This document shows, in pieces, positions 1 through 16,164 of a stretch of 64,000 bases of DNA (position 1 is its first letter; the number at the start of each line of letters is the position of its first letter). Origin of the DNA: the human T2T-CHM13v2.0 reference genome, Homo sapiens; NCBI RefSeq assembly GCF_009914755.1, contig NC_060925.1, one strand, 5' to 3'. The notes beneath the pieces were generated by a model. That model did not search any database. It was not told where the DNA came from and worked only from the letters and a program-made list of their open reading frames with translations. The translations under genes were made by a program, and so were the position numbers.

Positions 1-35
1 TAGCCAAATTAGTAAGGATAGCAAAATTCAAGATC

Positions 36-349
36 AGAGACTGTCTAATATGGTAGCCTTTAGCCCCAGGTGGTTATTAAGCACTTGAAATGTGGCTCAT
101 CTGAATTGAAATGTGCTTTAACTATAAAATACACACTAGATTTTGAAGTTAGCAGAAGAGAAAAGAAGTAAAATATCTCAATAATTCTTAACATTTATTA
201 CATGTTGAAATGATAATACTTTAGATACACTGGTTTCAATGACATATATGATTAAAATTAACTTTACCTGTTTCTTTTTTTTAATGTAGCAATTATAAAA
301 TTTTAAATTGCAAATGTGGTTCCCATTATATTTCTGTTTCACAGTGCTG
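36..349. mobile_element. MER33/MER3-like hAT-Charlie MITE
   Basis: ctgtctaatatggtagcc...ttaagcacttgaaatgtggct...atatttctgtttcacagtgctg. Confidence 0.7.
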
Positions 350-1249
350 ATCTAGATGGTGACAGACTAGAATTTTTAAAAGGTGGAAGTAGTAAGAAGT
401 ACAGATCAGGATATATTTTGGAAGTAGAGCCTATGTAACTTGTTGGCTGAATAAATGTGAGGGGTAGGAAAGGAGAGAAATCATAATAATTCCAAAAATT
501 TTGTCCTCAGGAACTTGGTAAATGGTGGTAAAAATATACTAGGATGGGGAAGTCTAGGATGAAATCCAAATTTCTGTTTTAGAATCTTATACCTGAGCTG
601 CCCTACTGAATATCCCAACAGACATGTCAAGTTCTGGTCTCGGCATTCACAAATAAAGGGTATATCATTCATAAGGAGTACATGCAAATGGCACCCCCAG
701 AGTTATGTAATGTTCAGTCTGAAAAGTTATATCTGACAACGTCATGTCAAGTATTCTCTAGATAGGATATACTCAACAAATATTGTTGATTTATTAGAAC
801 ATAATGCAGGCACATAAATTTGATTCTTGTGTAATGCTAGATTCTGCTACTAAAAACATTTGAGAAAACATAGTAATTAGGAGTTCAAATGTTTTAACCT
901 AAAGGCCCAGGAATCAAATCCCATCACCATCACACTAAGGTGTGATGCTCAGCAAAATGTTTAACCTCTCTAACCCTTGGTTTACTCACCTCTAAAATAA
1001 AAGTAAAATCCACCTCAAATAATGAGGATTAAATAAGACTAAAAAAGATAAAGCATGTAAGGTAATTAACATTATACCTGACACACAGAAAGCCTTAATA
1101 CGTGAAAACTATTAATAAAATTGTGCGGTAAGAGATAGAGTTAAGTAACAAAACTACTTAAGATTTTTGGAGAGTTTATTCTAGTTATACTTTAATATTT
1201 TAGAATATACAGTATCTTCTATCAGAATTCTCCAAATTAAAATCTCTTA

Positions 1250-1420
<171 letters not shown>

Positions 1421-1898
1421 TTATATATTAAAAAACAATGTAAAGACAATAAAAAAGTCCACGTTAAACATGTTTTTTAAAGGACTTGGATCCTATTTTT
1501 GCAAGAAGTCTGGGAAGAATATTACAGAAACCAAATTTATATTATTATCATCTCATGCCTCTAAATCATTTCATTTTGCAAAGTCTCAAACTTAAAAATT
1601 ACCGATCCAGACATAAATGCACGTAAAATAATAAATGCTTATTAAATAAATGAATGGGAATGAAGGAAGGAAGAAGCAAAAATAGAAAAAAAAACCAGAG
1701 GGATCTGGCATAGGAACAAGCTAAGTCATTTCAAAGATTAAAAGACTTAGTTTTGACTTAGCAAACTTTAAGACATTTTTACTCTGGAATGGTTTGCTCC
1801 AATCATAATATGAATCTATTTTTTAATATTTACCATTCTATTACCATTCTAGAAAATAATTTTAAGCCATGATATTATTCATCACACTCACTTTAGTA

Positions 1899-2239
1899 TA
1901 GTAATTCCTTCCATCCCCCGCTGGGGATATATTTTAAGACCCAACCCCTAGTGGATGCCTGAAACTGCAGACAGTACCCAACCTTATAGATACTGTTTTT
2001 CCCTATACATACATGCCTACAATAAAGTTAAATTTATAAATTAGGCAAAGTAAGAGATTAATAACCCTAACTCATAATAAAACAGAGCAATTATAACAAT
2101 ATACTATAATAAATGTTACATGAATGTGGTCTCTTTCTCCCTGTTCCTCTCTCCAAATATCTTAATATTTTCACATCGTGGTTGACTACAGGTAACTGAA
2201 ACTACGGAAAGAGAAACAATAGGTAAGTGGGGACTACTG
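1899..2239. mobile_element. MER44-like Tigger MITE
   Basis: gtggatgcctgaaactgcagacagtacc...ggtaactgaaactacggaaagagaaac...ggggactactg. Confidence 0.8.
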
Positions 2240-2440
2240 CACTCAAAGTACCAAAGATGCTGAATCCTGCATCCAAACTGTCAGATCACATGATAGTTAA
2301 TAAAGTGAAGAAGACTGACAGGCATTGGGCATAGAAAAATGTCTGGGCCAGATAAATAAAAAAAAAAAGATACATAATTATAAGCAATACAACATAGTAG
2401 TGATAATAATAGTTGCAACCATTTCTACTCAAAATTTTTA

Positions 2441-2545
<105 letters not shown>

Positions 2546-2583
2546 TCAATAATAGAGGAAAAAGTATTTGATAAAACAAATAT

Positions 2584-2892
2584 AGCCAGGCACAGTGGCT
2601 CACGCCTGTAATCCTAGCACTTTGGGAGGCTGAGGCGGGCGGATCATATGAGGTCAAGAGTTTGAAACCAGCCTGGCCAACATGGTGAAACCCCGTCTCT
2701 ACTAAAAATACAAAAAAAATTAGCCAGGCATGGTGGCACGTGTCTGTAGTCCCAGCTACATGGGAGGCTGAGGCAGGAGAATCACGGGAGATGGAGGTTG
2801 CAGTGAGCCAAGATCACATCACTGCACTCTAGCTGGGGTGATGGAGCAAGACTCTGTCTCAAAAATAAAAATAAATAAATAAATAAATAAAG
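2584..2892 (+). mobile_element. AluS
   Basis: Dimeric Alu with a (TAAA)n tail, about 45 bp from the exon 13 acceptor. Confidence 0.9.
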
Positions 2893-3144
2893 ATATATAT
2901 ATGATGAAAAATAAATTTATAGTTTGTTAGTAAGCATGCCCTTATGCCTACAATGTAGTTAGAATAAAAAATTAAATTAAAATTATGATTATAAATATCA
3001 TACCAGTTTATTTCCTTTTTTATGCTTTCAAATTTTACTAAGATTTAATAATACCACTGTCTTTTTTCTTATTTATAGTCCATTATCTATGCCTATAAAG
3101 TATTACAAAATACTCTCAAATATAGAAAACCAATACAAGTTACT

Positions 3145-3470
<326 letters not shown>

Positions 3471-3646
3471 TTAGAGATAGATGAAAAAGAGAAGAGAAAA
3501 ATAAGAACACAGACATAAAACAGAATCAAAAAGCAAACTAATATAAAAATACTTGAGTCTCATAAATTTATTACTTTTTAGTTCATATTTGTGTTTTCAA
3601 CTTTATATCACAAATTTCTCCAATGCAAAATCTGCAGCACTGGCTA

Positions 3647-3750
3647 AGGTGAGGAGGAGAAGAAGGAAGAAAGGAGGAAGAGAGAGGAAGAAGAGGGAGG
3701 AAGGATTTAGACGAGGGAGGGAGGGGGAGGAGGAATAGGAGGAGGAAGAA
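3647..3750 (+). repeat. GA-rich polypurine low-complexity tract
   Basis: (GGA/GAA)n-like run. Confidence 0.85.
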
Positions 3751-4494
3751 ACTACTGTTAAGGAAAATCACAACTGTCCTCATACTAAGGCCAGAAAGAA
3801 AACTCCAAAAGGACTTCAACCAATATGAAGAGACCTTGAAAAACACAAAACAAATTACCCATAGCCGATTAACACAAATGTTCAATTTAATGTTAATATT
3901 TTTTCTTCTTACAATTAAAATAGCTAGAGTTTTTCTTTTATTAAAGAGTCAGTCTTTAGATTTTATCAATCCAATCTTCCTGCTTTGAGATTTTATTGTT
4001 TTATGCATATTTCATATATTGTTCTTTTATCTTATTTGGTAATGCATATATTTGAGGCTACTTTATTACTGTCAACTCACCTTGAGCCACAACCCATTTG
4101 CTCTTCATCATTATATTCTAAACAAGGATATAGAATTGATCTTCTTTTATCTCACTATTTAGAAAAAATAATTCTTAATTTCTAAGTGGTTATAGTTTTT
4201 TATTAATAACTTAAAAAGCTTTTAGTTTTATTGAGTTATGGTTAGAAAATCTGACTTTACAAGGTTTCTTCAGTGACCCAATATAACTAATTATTGTAAA
4301 TGTTCTATCAGTTGTTGAAAAAGTATATTCTTTTCTTGTGCATACAGAAATAATATAAATTTTTTGAGACCAAGTTGCCAACACATGAAATTAATTTTTA
4401 AATGGTCCTTATTCATAATATATTCAGATTATTTCTAGTCTTCATTATTTCTATTTCACCCATTAAATTATATTTTCTCTTTCGGTACTTATTG

Positions 4495-5619
<1,125 letters not shown>

Positions 5620-7242
5620 AACACATTTTAAATCTGTACATAAACACTAATGATTACTATATCCCTACTGTAGACAGTAATCGCTCATAAACTGAAAAAG
5701 AAAAAACTGCCTTCTGTGTCTCATTTAGGGAAAAATCTGTGCCTTGAATTCTACTTAATTAAAATGGTAATCTCTTTTTTTAACTTAATTTGCATTTGCC
5801 TGATGCATAATTTTCTAGCTACTTAAAAATAGTTACAAAAATAGTATATGCTCATGGTTAAAAATTTTTAATACAGAACCATATTAAACAGTTTCTGTAC
5901 TGTAAACATTTTCCACTGCTCCATGTTTCCAGCAATCATTTATTTTTAAGTTTTCATAATCATTTTGTGCTACTTCCCAGTTATAGTAACAGTATTCAAA
6001 ACAGTGTCCAGAACATGGTGATGAATGCTCAAAAAATACTGGTTGGATAAATAGATAGGGGGTAGATGGCTTATTGATTTATGCTTATAATACCAATTTA
6101 TTGATAAACAGCAGGCTGAAGAAATGAAAAGAAAGCTGTGGAAATACCAACAGAAGTGGTGTAGCAGCTGAAGAAGTAGAAAGAGGGGGAAGTAACATAC
6201 CTGCAAGGTTGTGTCACTGTAGCAAATCTATTACCCCATTTCCTAGCTATATCTGGTCTATCACTTTATGAAAGTGCAGTCTTCTCTAGACTCTCTTTTA
6301 CTACTGTCCATAATAAAAAGACCAATACCATTTGAGACATTTATCACTGGCTTTTTTTCCTGTGAGTTTCTCAGAGCAGATGCCCATGAATACTACTGAT
6401 ACGTAACAGTGAAGGGGACTTCAAGTAGATTGCTATCTGTCTATTCAAGGTCCATTCAATTGAGGTCTACCCTCAATTCTTGCCCTCTCAAGTTATGAGA
6501 TATCAGTAAGCCAGGATTTCCTCTTCTTACTCAGAATAACATCTCAGAAAATGGAATTTTGAAGGAATTACTAGCATTTTCCCTTAATCCACTCCAAAAC
6601 ATGTACTACTCCAGTTTGTTACGCTAATACAAATTTTCTCCCCATTCTTATATGGTTCTAGTCACCTAGTCACTTACAACAAAGACTTTCAAAATTTTCT
6701 GATCTTGATTCATGACACAGAATCCATTTTACATCAAAATCTAGTATATACATATACACATGTGTACACTCATACAAAAGGGGGAGGGGGGGAACGACTC
6801 CCTAAAGCAATATTTAACCTTACTACATGCAGTGCACTATTTTTTCTATTCTACTCGTGTTTTCTTTTCTTTTTTAACCTGGGTGTCATCTACTAAGCTA
6901 ATTTTCATTATCATTAAGAATCATGACTGGCATTGGAAAAATACAGATTTGACTCATGGTTAAAAGTGAAGGGAACAGGTTTGCAAAGAGTAAAATATCT
7001 TTGATAGAGAATGTCTTGGATCCATACATTCACCTCTAAAAATAACACTGACCTCATTTTAGCACAAAATGCACTCCTAGGGCCTGAAAGTTCTATTTCA
7101 CATATTATGAATATGGTAGTTTAGGCCAGAAATACTTGTGTGGGGAAGACATGTAGGCCACATACTCATTCTCATAAAGAAAATTCATAAACAACCAATG
7201 TTTAAGAAAAGTTACACTATTAACAATTTGGAAATAGGATAC

Positions 7243-7540
7243 AGGCTGGACATGGTGGCTCACACCTGTAATCCCAGCTGGGAAGCCGAGGAGGGTGGAT
7301 CATGAGGTCAGGAGTTCGAGACCAGCCTGGCCAACATTTAGTATCCTGTCTCTACTAAAAAATACAAAAATTGGCCAGGCATGGTGGGTGCCTGCAATCC
7401 CAGCTACTCAGGAGGCTGAGGCAGGGAGAACTGCTTGAACCTGGGAGGCGGAGGTTGCAGTGAGCCGAGATCTGTCTCTGCACTCCAGCCTGGGCAACAG
7501 AGCGAGACTCTGTCTCAAGAAAAAAAAACAAAAAAAAACA
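7243..7540 (+). mobile_element. AluS
   Basis: Dimeric Alu; TSD aggataca. Confidence 0.9.
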
Positions 7541-7804
7541 GGATACAGGTATGAAAGATGGATTTTGATGCATTATTAGTCATGGTCAACATTTCAACAT
7601 TTAAATAAATATAATGCTAAAATAATAGGAACAATATAAATCGTTTCTCATTCTTATAGTTGCTTTTATTATTTTTATTCTTAAAGTTTTTAAGTTTCTT
7701 GGAATCACCCTCCCATACATGTATAGTACAATCACTACCTTTCTGAAATTAAAAAAATTTATGCACAAACATCTCCCCAAAATTCCTACATGACAGAACA
7801 ATAC

Positions 7805-7947
7805 CTGCTTAAAAAAATTTGTCACTGTGAGAGTAGCTGGTCGAAAGCTCGTCAAGTTACAAGCATCATCTCCACTTGTTGTCCTTTCAAGTGATCGTCT
7901 GCCAACAATACTAGAATTCCTCCTCTCTGACCAAGACCCTTTTCGTT
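7805..7947 (-). CDS. DOCK7: DOCK7 exon 12 (143 bp)
   Basis: tag|AA CGA AAA...AAG CAG|gtattg; (E)[21 protein letters not shown]...TNFFKQ. Confidence 0.97.
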
Positions 7948-10554
7948 CTACAAAAGAATTAAAAAAAAAATTCATTTTCATAGAAGTTAAATTTTGTTTT
8001 AAAGTAGCTTTCCAAACACAAGGAAGAATCTACTAAATTGAAAATTACCCACTCAGCATATCAAGTATAGTAGGAGAATTTTGCTTTTGGAGAGATTAGT
8101 AAGAAAGTACCTAAATCTTCTGGTTGTCTTTTTACAACATCACAGGTGTAAAAATAAGTTTCTAACATGCAAAGATCTATGGGCATGACCAATGATGAGC
8201 CACAAAGAGCAGCTATAGAGGAAGTATGCATTTACTACAAAATGTTTACCACAGGAAAATTTTAGTCATCGTTAATCTTCCCTCAGTCTTAGCTCTTTAG
8301 TTTGAAAGAGAATTGTAAGATAATTTGTATTCAAAGTACTTGCAAGATAATCCTATTATTTAAAACCAACAGAACTAGACTGAAGATTAACAAGGAAATA
8401 GAATACTTGCACAAAACTATAAACAAACTAGACCTAATGGACATTTACACTACACTAAAGTACACTAAGCAAGAGCAGAATATACATTCTTGTCAAGCAC
8501 TTAGAAAATATTCTCTAAAACAGTCTATATACTAAGCCATAAAACAACATACAATACATTCAAAGAGATTAAAATCATATAAAAATGTTCTCCAACAACA
8601 GAAGAATTAAACTATAAATCAATAACAGAAGAAAATTTGGGGAATTCACAAATGTATGTAAGTATAATAGCCCATTTAAAAAATAGCTAATGGAAAAAGA
8701 AGGAATAATAGAAATTAGGAAGTATTTAAGATGTATGAAAATGCAAGAACAACATACCAAAGCATTGCTAAAGCAGTGCTCGGGGGAGGATTTACAGCTA
8801 TTAATGTCTATTTTAAAAAGAACTATCTCAAATCAGTAATATAACCTCAGACTTCAACAAACTACAAACTACAAAAGAAGAGAAAAAAAATCCGAAACCA
8901 GCAGAAGGCTACAAGAGGCAACTGCAGAGTGGAAATAAGGAAAATAGAAACTATAAAAACCATACAGAAAAATCAATTAAACCAAAAACTGTTTCTTCAA
9001 AAAGATAAACCCGACAAATCTTTAGCTAAAATGATGAACCAAAAAAAAAAAGACTCAAATTACTAAAATCAGGAATGAAAGAAGAGATATCATTTACAGA
9101 CTTTACAGAGTAAAAGGAATAAAGGAATATACAGCAATACTATGAACAACTGTAGGCCAACACTTAGATTAGATACCAACTAGATAACTTTGATGAAATG
9201 GACAAATTTCTAGAAAGATTCAAAGTATTTATATTAAAACTGACTCAAGATGAAAGAAAATGTGAATAGACCTAAAACAAGTAAAGAGATCGAGTTAGTA
9301 ATGAAAAAACTTACCACAAAGAAAAGACCAGGCCATGACAGGTTCACTGGTGAATTCTTCCAAACTTTCAAAGAATACCAATCCTTCAAAAACCCTTCCA
9401 AAAAAATGGAAGGAACACTTCACAACTCATTCTATGAGGCCAGTATTACCCTGATACCAAAACCAGACAGAGTCATCAAAAGAAAGAAAAACTACAGACT
9501 AATATACCTTATGAATATAGATGCAAAAATCCTGAACAAAATACTAGCAAACAGACTCCAACAACACATAAAAAAGATTACATGCCATGACCAAGCAAGA
9601 CTTTTCCCAGGAATTTAAGGTTAATTTAACATCCAAAAACCACATCATTCGATGCAACACCACATTAAAAGGATACAGGACAAATAATTCTAATAGAGGC
9701 AGAAAAAGTATTTTACAAAATCTAACAGACTTTCATGATAAAAACACTTTTAAAAATTAGGGATAGAAGAGAACTTCCTCAATCTACCAAAATACATCTA
9801 TGAAAAGCCAACAGCAAATATCATACTTGATGGTGAAAGACTGATTGCATTTTCCCTAAAGTCAAGAATAAGACAAGGATATCCACTCTTGTCATTTCTA
9901 AAACATTGCAGAAGAGGTTCTAATAAAGACAGAAAAGAGAAAGAAATAAAAGGCACCCAGACTGAAAAAGAAAAGTGAACTACTTTTTATTTGCAGATGA
10001 CACGGTTTTGTATACAGAAAATCCTAAAAAATCTGGGGAAAAAAACGAACAATAACAATTCGAATTTAGTAAACAAATTCAAAAAGGGTTCAGAGTATAA
10101 GATCAATATACAAAAGCCAATTTTATTTCTATACACTAGAAATGGACTTTCTAAAGACAGAATTAAGAAAACAATTCCATTTAAAATATTATCAAGAAAC
10201 GATAAAATACTACGGTATAAATTTAACAAGAGAAGGACTTGTACACTGAAAATGACACAACACTGAAAAAAATGAAAAAGATTTAAATAAATGAAAAAAA
10301 TTTCATGTTCATAGATTCAAAGATTTAAAATTGTTAAAATGGCAACAATCTATAAATTGACTTAGAGATTCAATGTCAGCCCTATCAAAATCCCAGATGC
10401 CTTTGTGCACAAACTGACAGCTGGTCCTAAATTTATATGGAAATAAAAGAAACCCAAAATTGCCAAAACAAATCTTGAAACAGGATAAAAGCTGGAAGAC
10501 CCACTCTTCTCAATTTCAAAACTTAGCCTTCAAAGGTAAAGTAATTTGGTATAG

Positions 10555-10884
10555 CAGCGGTCCCCAACCTTTCTGGCACCAAGGACTGGTTTCATGGAAA
10601 AAAATTTTTCCACAGATGGGGTTGTGGGGATCGTTTCAGGATGATTAAAGCGCATTACATTTATCATTAGAGTCCCATAAGGTGCACGTAACCTAGATCC
10701 CCTGCATGTGCAGCTCACAATAGGGTTCATGCTCCTACCAGAATCTAATGCCACTACTGATCTGAGAGGAGGCAGAGCTCAGGCGATAATGCTAGCTCAG
10801 CTGCTGCTCACCTACTGCTCTACGGCCCGGATCCTAACAGGCAGGACAGGTACCTGTCCGCCACCTGGGGATTAGGAACCCCTG
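10555..10884. mobile_element. MER1B-like hAT-Charlie MITE
   Basis: TIRs cagcggtccccaacc / ggggattaggaacccctg; 8-bp TSD tggtatag / cagtaaag, consistent with CpG decay plus one substitution. Confidence 0.85.
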
Positions 10885-12246
10885 CAGTAAAGCACTGGCA
10901 TACAGATCAGTGGAATGGGATGGAGAGTCCAGAAATAAATCCCACATGAATGGTCAATTGACTTTCAATAAGGGATCTAAGAAAATTCAATGGGAAAAGA
11001 ATAGCCTTTTTAATAAATGGTGCTGAAACAACTGGATATCCACATAAAAAGAATGAAATTGGACTACCTCACAACATACAAATATTAACTCAAAATGGAT
11101 TATTATAAACCTAAATGTAACAGCTGAAACTATAAAACTCTTACAAGAATACATACAAGTAAATTTTGATTCATATTACATAATGGTTTCTTAGATAAAA
11201 CACCAAAAGCACAGTGACAAAAGAAAAAAATAGAAAAATGTAACTTCCTCAAAATTTAAAACTTCTGTGCTACGAACAATACCATCAAGAAAAGTGAACT
11301 CACAGACTAGGAGAAAATTTGCTATCATATATTAGGCAAGGAATTTGCATCTTGAACATATAAAGAACTCCTACAACTCAATGCCAAGAAGGTTAAAACC
11401 CCATTTAAAAAATAGGCATCAACTATTAATAAATAATAAAAAGACCAAAGCCATTAAAAAATGAGCAAAGGTTAAAAATACCTATTACTCCAAGAAAGAT
11501 ACACAAATAGCCAATACACACAAAATGATGCTTAATATCGCTAGCTTTTAAGAAAAGGTAAATCCAACCTACAATGAGTACCACTTCACTTGCACTAGAA
11601 TGACTACAATCAAAGAGCAGATAATATGTTACACTGGTAAAGATATGCTGAAACTGGAACCTTCACACACTAGTGGAATGCTAGTGGAATTTTTGAAGGT
11701 GCAGCCAAATTGGAAAACAGTGTGGCAGTCCTTCAAAAGATTAAGCACAGAATTATCATATGACCCAGCAATTTCACTCCTAGCTATATATCTACATATC
11801 TAAGGAAAAAAAATGTCCACACGAAAGCTTGTAAATGACGTTTCAACACTATGAAACATTATGCATAATAAACTAAAAGTAGAAAACCCAAATCAACTGA
11901 TAAATAAATATAGTATATCAATACAACAGACTATCATTTGGCAATAAAAATAAATAATACCAATACATGCTACGACATGGATGAACCTGAAAAACATTAT
12001 GGCAAGTGAAAGAAGCTAGCCACAAAAGACTACATATTATACAAGTCAATATGTATGAAATGTCTGGCATAGACAAATCTATAGAGACAGAATATATATT
12101 AAAGGTTGTTTAGGGACAGGTTGCAAGACTCTGGGGGAATGAGGAGTGACCACTGCTAATGGGTACAAAAGTGTTCCAAGATGGATACAGAAGTATTCTG
12201 TAGCAGTGGTTGCAGAACCCTGTGAATATACCAAGAAAACACTGCA

Positions 12247-13287
12247 CAGTAAGTCCTCATTTAACATCATGGATCAGTTCTTCAAAACTGTGACTTTAAG
12301 CAACACGTTGTATAACAAATCAATTTTACCACATGCTAATCAATATAAGCAAGAGTTAAGTCCCTACAGCATATTTCTGGTCACAAAAACTTAACCAAAC
12401 TTCTAAATATTCAAAACACTTCTAATATTAAACATTCAAATAAATGTGCACTGTACATACATTTAAGAAAGATTAATAAAAATAAGTAGGATAATTATTT
12501 ACCCAATTATCCCAGTTCAGGGTCACAAATGGCCGAAGCCTGTTCCAGCAGCGCATGAAAGAAGGCAGTGTATGGCAAATGCACCCGACAGCAGTAACTT
12601 AAGCAAGCCCTGAGAATGACCCTATGGTCTAAAAAGAATGTGTATTCGGAGTTCCGAGCTAAGGAACCTGGGAGTGGCCAAACTTGAAGACTCATTCCTT
12701 ATCTATGAGAATAAGGACATCTGAACTTCTAGCCCATCCAGTGAAATCTAGGCCATACATGGAATCAAGGCCCTTTGTTTTGGGTTAAATGAGGGTTTCC
12801 AGGTAGAAGTTACTAGGGGGAGGATGCTAAGTGAAAATGCTACATAAACTGCATGCTTTTTCAAGTGGCTGTGGTTTTCGGTCCAGCTCGCCACTCTGCA
12901 TGTAAGTTCCCTCAGTAAACCCTATGTCTCATTCTCTGGCTCCCCATCTCTTCTTCAGCCTGTGATATGATGTTATACTTACCAAAGTCAATAGGGGTCC
13001 CGCACGACAGGCAGGCACCTGTCCTGGACAGGACGCTATTCCATCACAGGTGCACTCACACACACACACCCATGTTACCTTACGCTGCTACCACTTAAGA
13101 CATGCCAATTAACCTCATGCACACAGCTTTGGGATTTGGGAGGAAATGAGTACCCAAAACTCCCCACACAGACTTGGGGAGAACATGCAAACTCTACACA
13201 GACAGTAGCTCCAGCCAGGAATCAATTTGTTTCCTCATCAACATTATAAAAAATCAAAAACAAAATGAGATATTTGAAGATCTCCTG
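12247..13287. mobile_element. MER82-like TcMar-Tigger element, split by an LTR
   Basis: Starts cagtaagtcctcatttaacatc and ends ...tgaagatctcctg followed by TA. Confidence 0.75.
12569..13009 (+). mobile_element. ERVL-class solo LTR (LTR47-like), 441 bp
   Basis: TG...CA termini with a perfect 5-bp TSD GGCAG (12564-68, 13010-14); the subfamily name is from recall. Confidence 0.8.
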
Positions 13288-13417
13288 TATTGTACAATTT
13301 AAATTGGTGACTTATATGGTATGTGAATTATATCTTAATAATGGTGTTAAATGAGAAAAAGGCAAAAAAAAAGAAAAAAGAAAATCCTTTTTATGCAATA
13401 TTACATTGCAGAGTCTA

Positions 13418-13747
<330 letters not shown>

Positions 13748-13785
13748 GTAAACATTTAGAAATGTTTTGTATGAAACACTCTTAC

Positions 13786-13951
13786 CTCCAGTACTGATTT
13801 CTACTTCTGTAGAATCTCTTTCCAAACTCCCAGCACTGCTAACAATATTCATTAAATGGATTGCAGTCCAAGCAAAAGGCATGCGATATTTCCCAAGTCT
13901 TTGGCAAAACTGATCTGCTTGACTCTTCAGTTTCTCCAGTTTTTCTTTATT
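13786..13951 (-). CDS. DOCK7: DOCK7 exon 11 (166 bp)
   Basis: cag|AAT AAA GAA...ACT GGA G|gtaaga; [28 protein letters not shown]...EISTG. Confidence 0.97.
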
Positions 13952-15240
13952 CTGCAAAACAGAACTTTATACATTATATGATTATACTTGAAAGAAATCA
14001 GTTAAAGGCTATTTCATACTACATAAAGGAAAAGGATGAGAAGTCTCAATTCTCAGCAGAGATGAGAAAAAAATCTGTACCTTACAGAGATGAAGTATTA
14101 GTGCAATATCTTAACCAGTGAACAAACTCAACACATTCTACAAATGTACGTACAGAGCAGGTCTTTGAAATTTCTATTTGTGATTATGTTATTCTGGGGA
14201 GAAGAGAGTAAGTACCAAACATGTATTATGTATTCCAAGTATTGTTTTAGGAAGTATAACCATGGTCTAGTCAGCAACTGGTAACTACAAAATATTCTAG
14301 TTATAATTTGTTAAATTTTGTTACTCTATAAAAGATGGAAGTAGCTGAGCACATTTGAAATAGTCCCTAACATATAACAACCATGAGTTAAGAGTGGGGA
14401 AGCACGAATAGGCCAATGATAAACAAGCTCAGAGTTGTAACAAAAGAAGGAAAGTAAAAAGTAAAAAGGAAAGTAGAAGAAGACTAAACGCTGGAAAAAG
14501 ACTAACGGTCCAAATATTTAATAGTACAAGCATATCTGGAAGACATCTTGAGGCTGGCTCAACTTTTAGGCTACTCCTGAAACAAACATCAAGAGGTGGC
14601 CTGCAAAAGCCAATCAACACTCAAGACTGAAACCTATACTACCTCTCTCATATACTCTTTGCAGATGGGATGTTGAAGTATACACTAATGACAGTGTCCT
14701 ACCTTGGGACTCAGGGCTAGAAAAAGATGAAACGATAACTAAATGATAGCACTATTACTATCTCTACTATACCCTTAAAACAGTTCTTATTTTAAGTATA
14801 TTTCAAGTATACTTAATTCTATCAGTGTATGTAAATATAAGTAAAAAGCAGAATAAGCTGCTAGTATATTTAAGAGCACTATGTAACAGAGCAAATTTAA
14901 TGTAAAATGACAACCTGGGGACAGCCAGAATACTATACTTAAACCATTAGTTCAGCCAGGTAATCAAGGATCAAGAAAAAAATATCATGTGCTCAGATCT
15001 ACAGAAAAAGCTCAGTTCTTGTTATGAATCTTGGGAAAATAGCAAAACATTTTCTGGGTTTGGGTTGCTTACCCAGTATTCCTCAAGCATACTTCTCCCA
15101 GAAGTTCCAGTATTAAATCTTGTGTTCAAAGATCCAAAGATCACTTGTATTCTTGTAGCTAACCCATAGTATCTGAAATTTGTTATCAATTATCCAACTT
15201 TTTTTTTGCTTTTATAAGTTTATACACATTCTAGCAATTA

Positions 15241-15537
15241 GGCTGGGTATGGTGGCTCACATCTGTAATCCCAGCACTTTGGGAGGCTGAGGGAGGTGGA
15301 TCACTTGAGTTCAGGAGTTCAAGACCAGCCTGACCAACATGGTAAAACCCCATCTCTACTAAAAATACAAAAATTAGCTGGGTGTGGTGGCACATGCCTG
15401 TAATTTGAGCTGCTTGGGAGGCTGAGGCAGGAGAATCACTTGAACCCAGGAAGCGGAGGTTGCAGTGGGCCAAGATCCTGCCACTGGACTCCAGCTTGGG
15501 TGACAGAGCAAGACTATGTCTCAAAAGAAAAAAAAAA
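15241..15537 (+). mobile_element. AluS
   Basis: TSD tctagcaatta / tctagaaatta. Confidence 0.92.
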
Positions 15538-15956
15538 TCTAGAAATTAGCCATCTGATGGCAAAAAAAGGCTGTATTTTCTTTTTTTAAAGACTATTATA
15601 TTTTTACTATATTCCTTAATAATCTGCAGTCAGATGGAAGACAAGAATACTTCTATTTTGCTAGGAAAAGTTCTGTCAATATCACTATTTTATAAATAAA
15701 GAAAACCTTTAATAATTCAGGAGTTAAACTGAATTAATTTAGTTCTCTCCATGAAGAAAAAAATGTAAAGAGTCAGTTAGTTTTGAGATAGAAGAGATTT
15801 TTAAAGAATACCACAGCATATGAAACATATGACACAGGCTAGGTGACAAATTAAATAAAGAAGAAAGGAAGATAGGAAGTGGGCAAACAGAAAAAAATAT
15901 AGTACTAGTAAAATTCCTTAATATGCTTTGTTGCATATTAAAGCTATTAATTGCTA

Positions 15957-16127
<171 letters not shown>

Positions 16128-16164
16128 TCAAAGGCAAAAAAAGTTAAGATTAAGCTTTTAAAAG

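Larger units (their letters stand above)
8365..13375 (+). mobile_element. Old degenerate L1M (L1MB-like 3' end), ORF2 to 3' UTR, interrupted by MER1B, MER82 and an LTR
   Basis: ORF 9250..9618 has [12 protein letters not shown] and [16 protein letters not shown] motifs. The L1MB-type 3' UTR resumes at about 13290. Confidence 0.9.

Noticed and set aside
10844-10859. 16-bp perfect palindrome GGACAGGTACCTGTCC
   Set aside because: It corresponds to an intrinsic subterminal palindrome of MER1-type elements.
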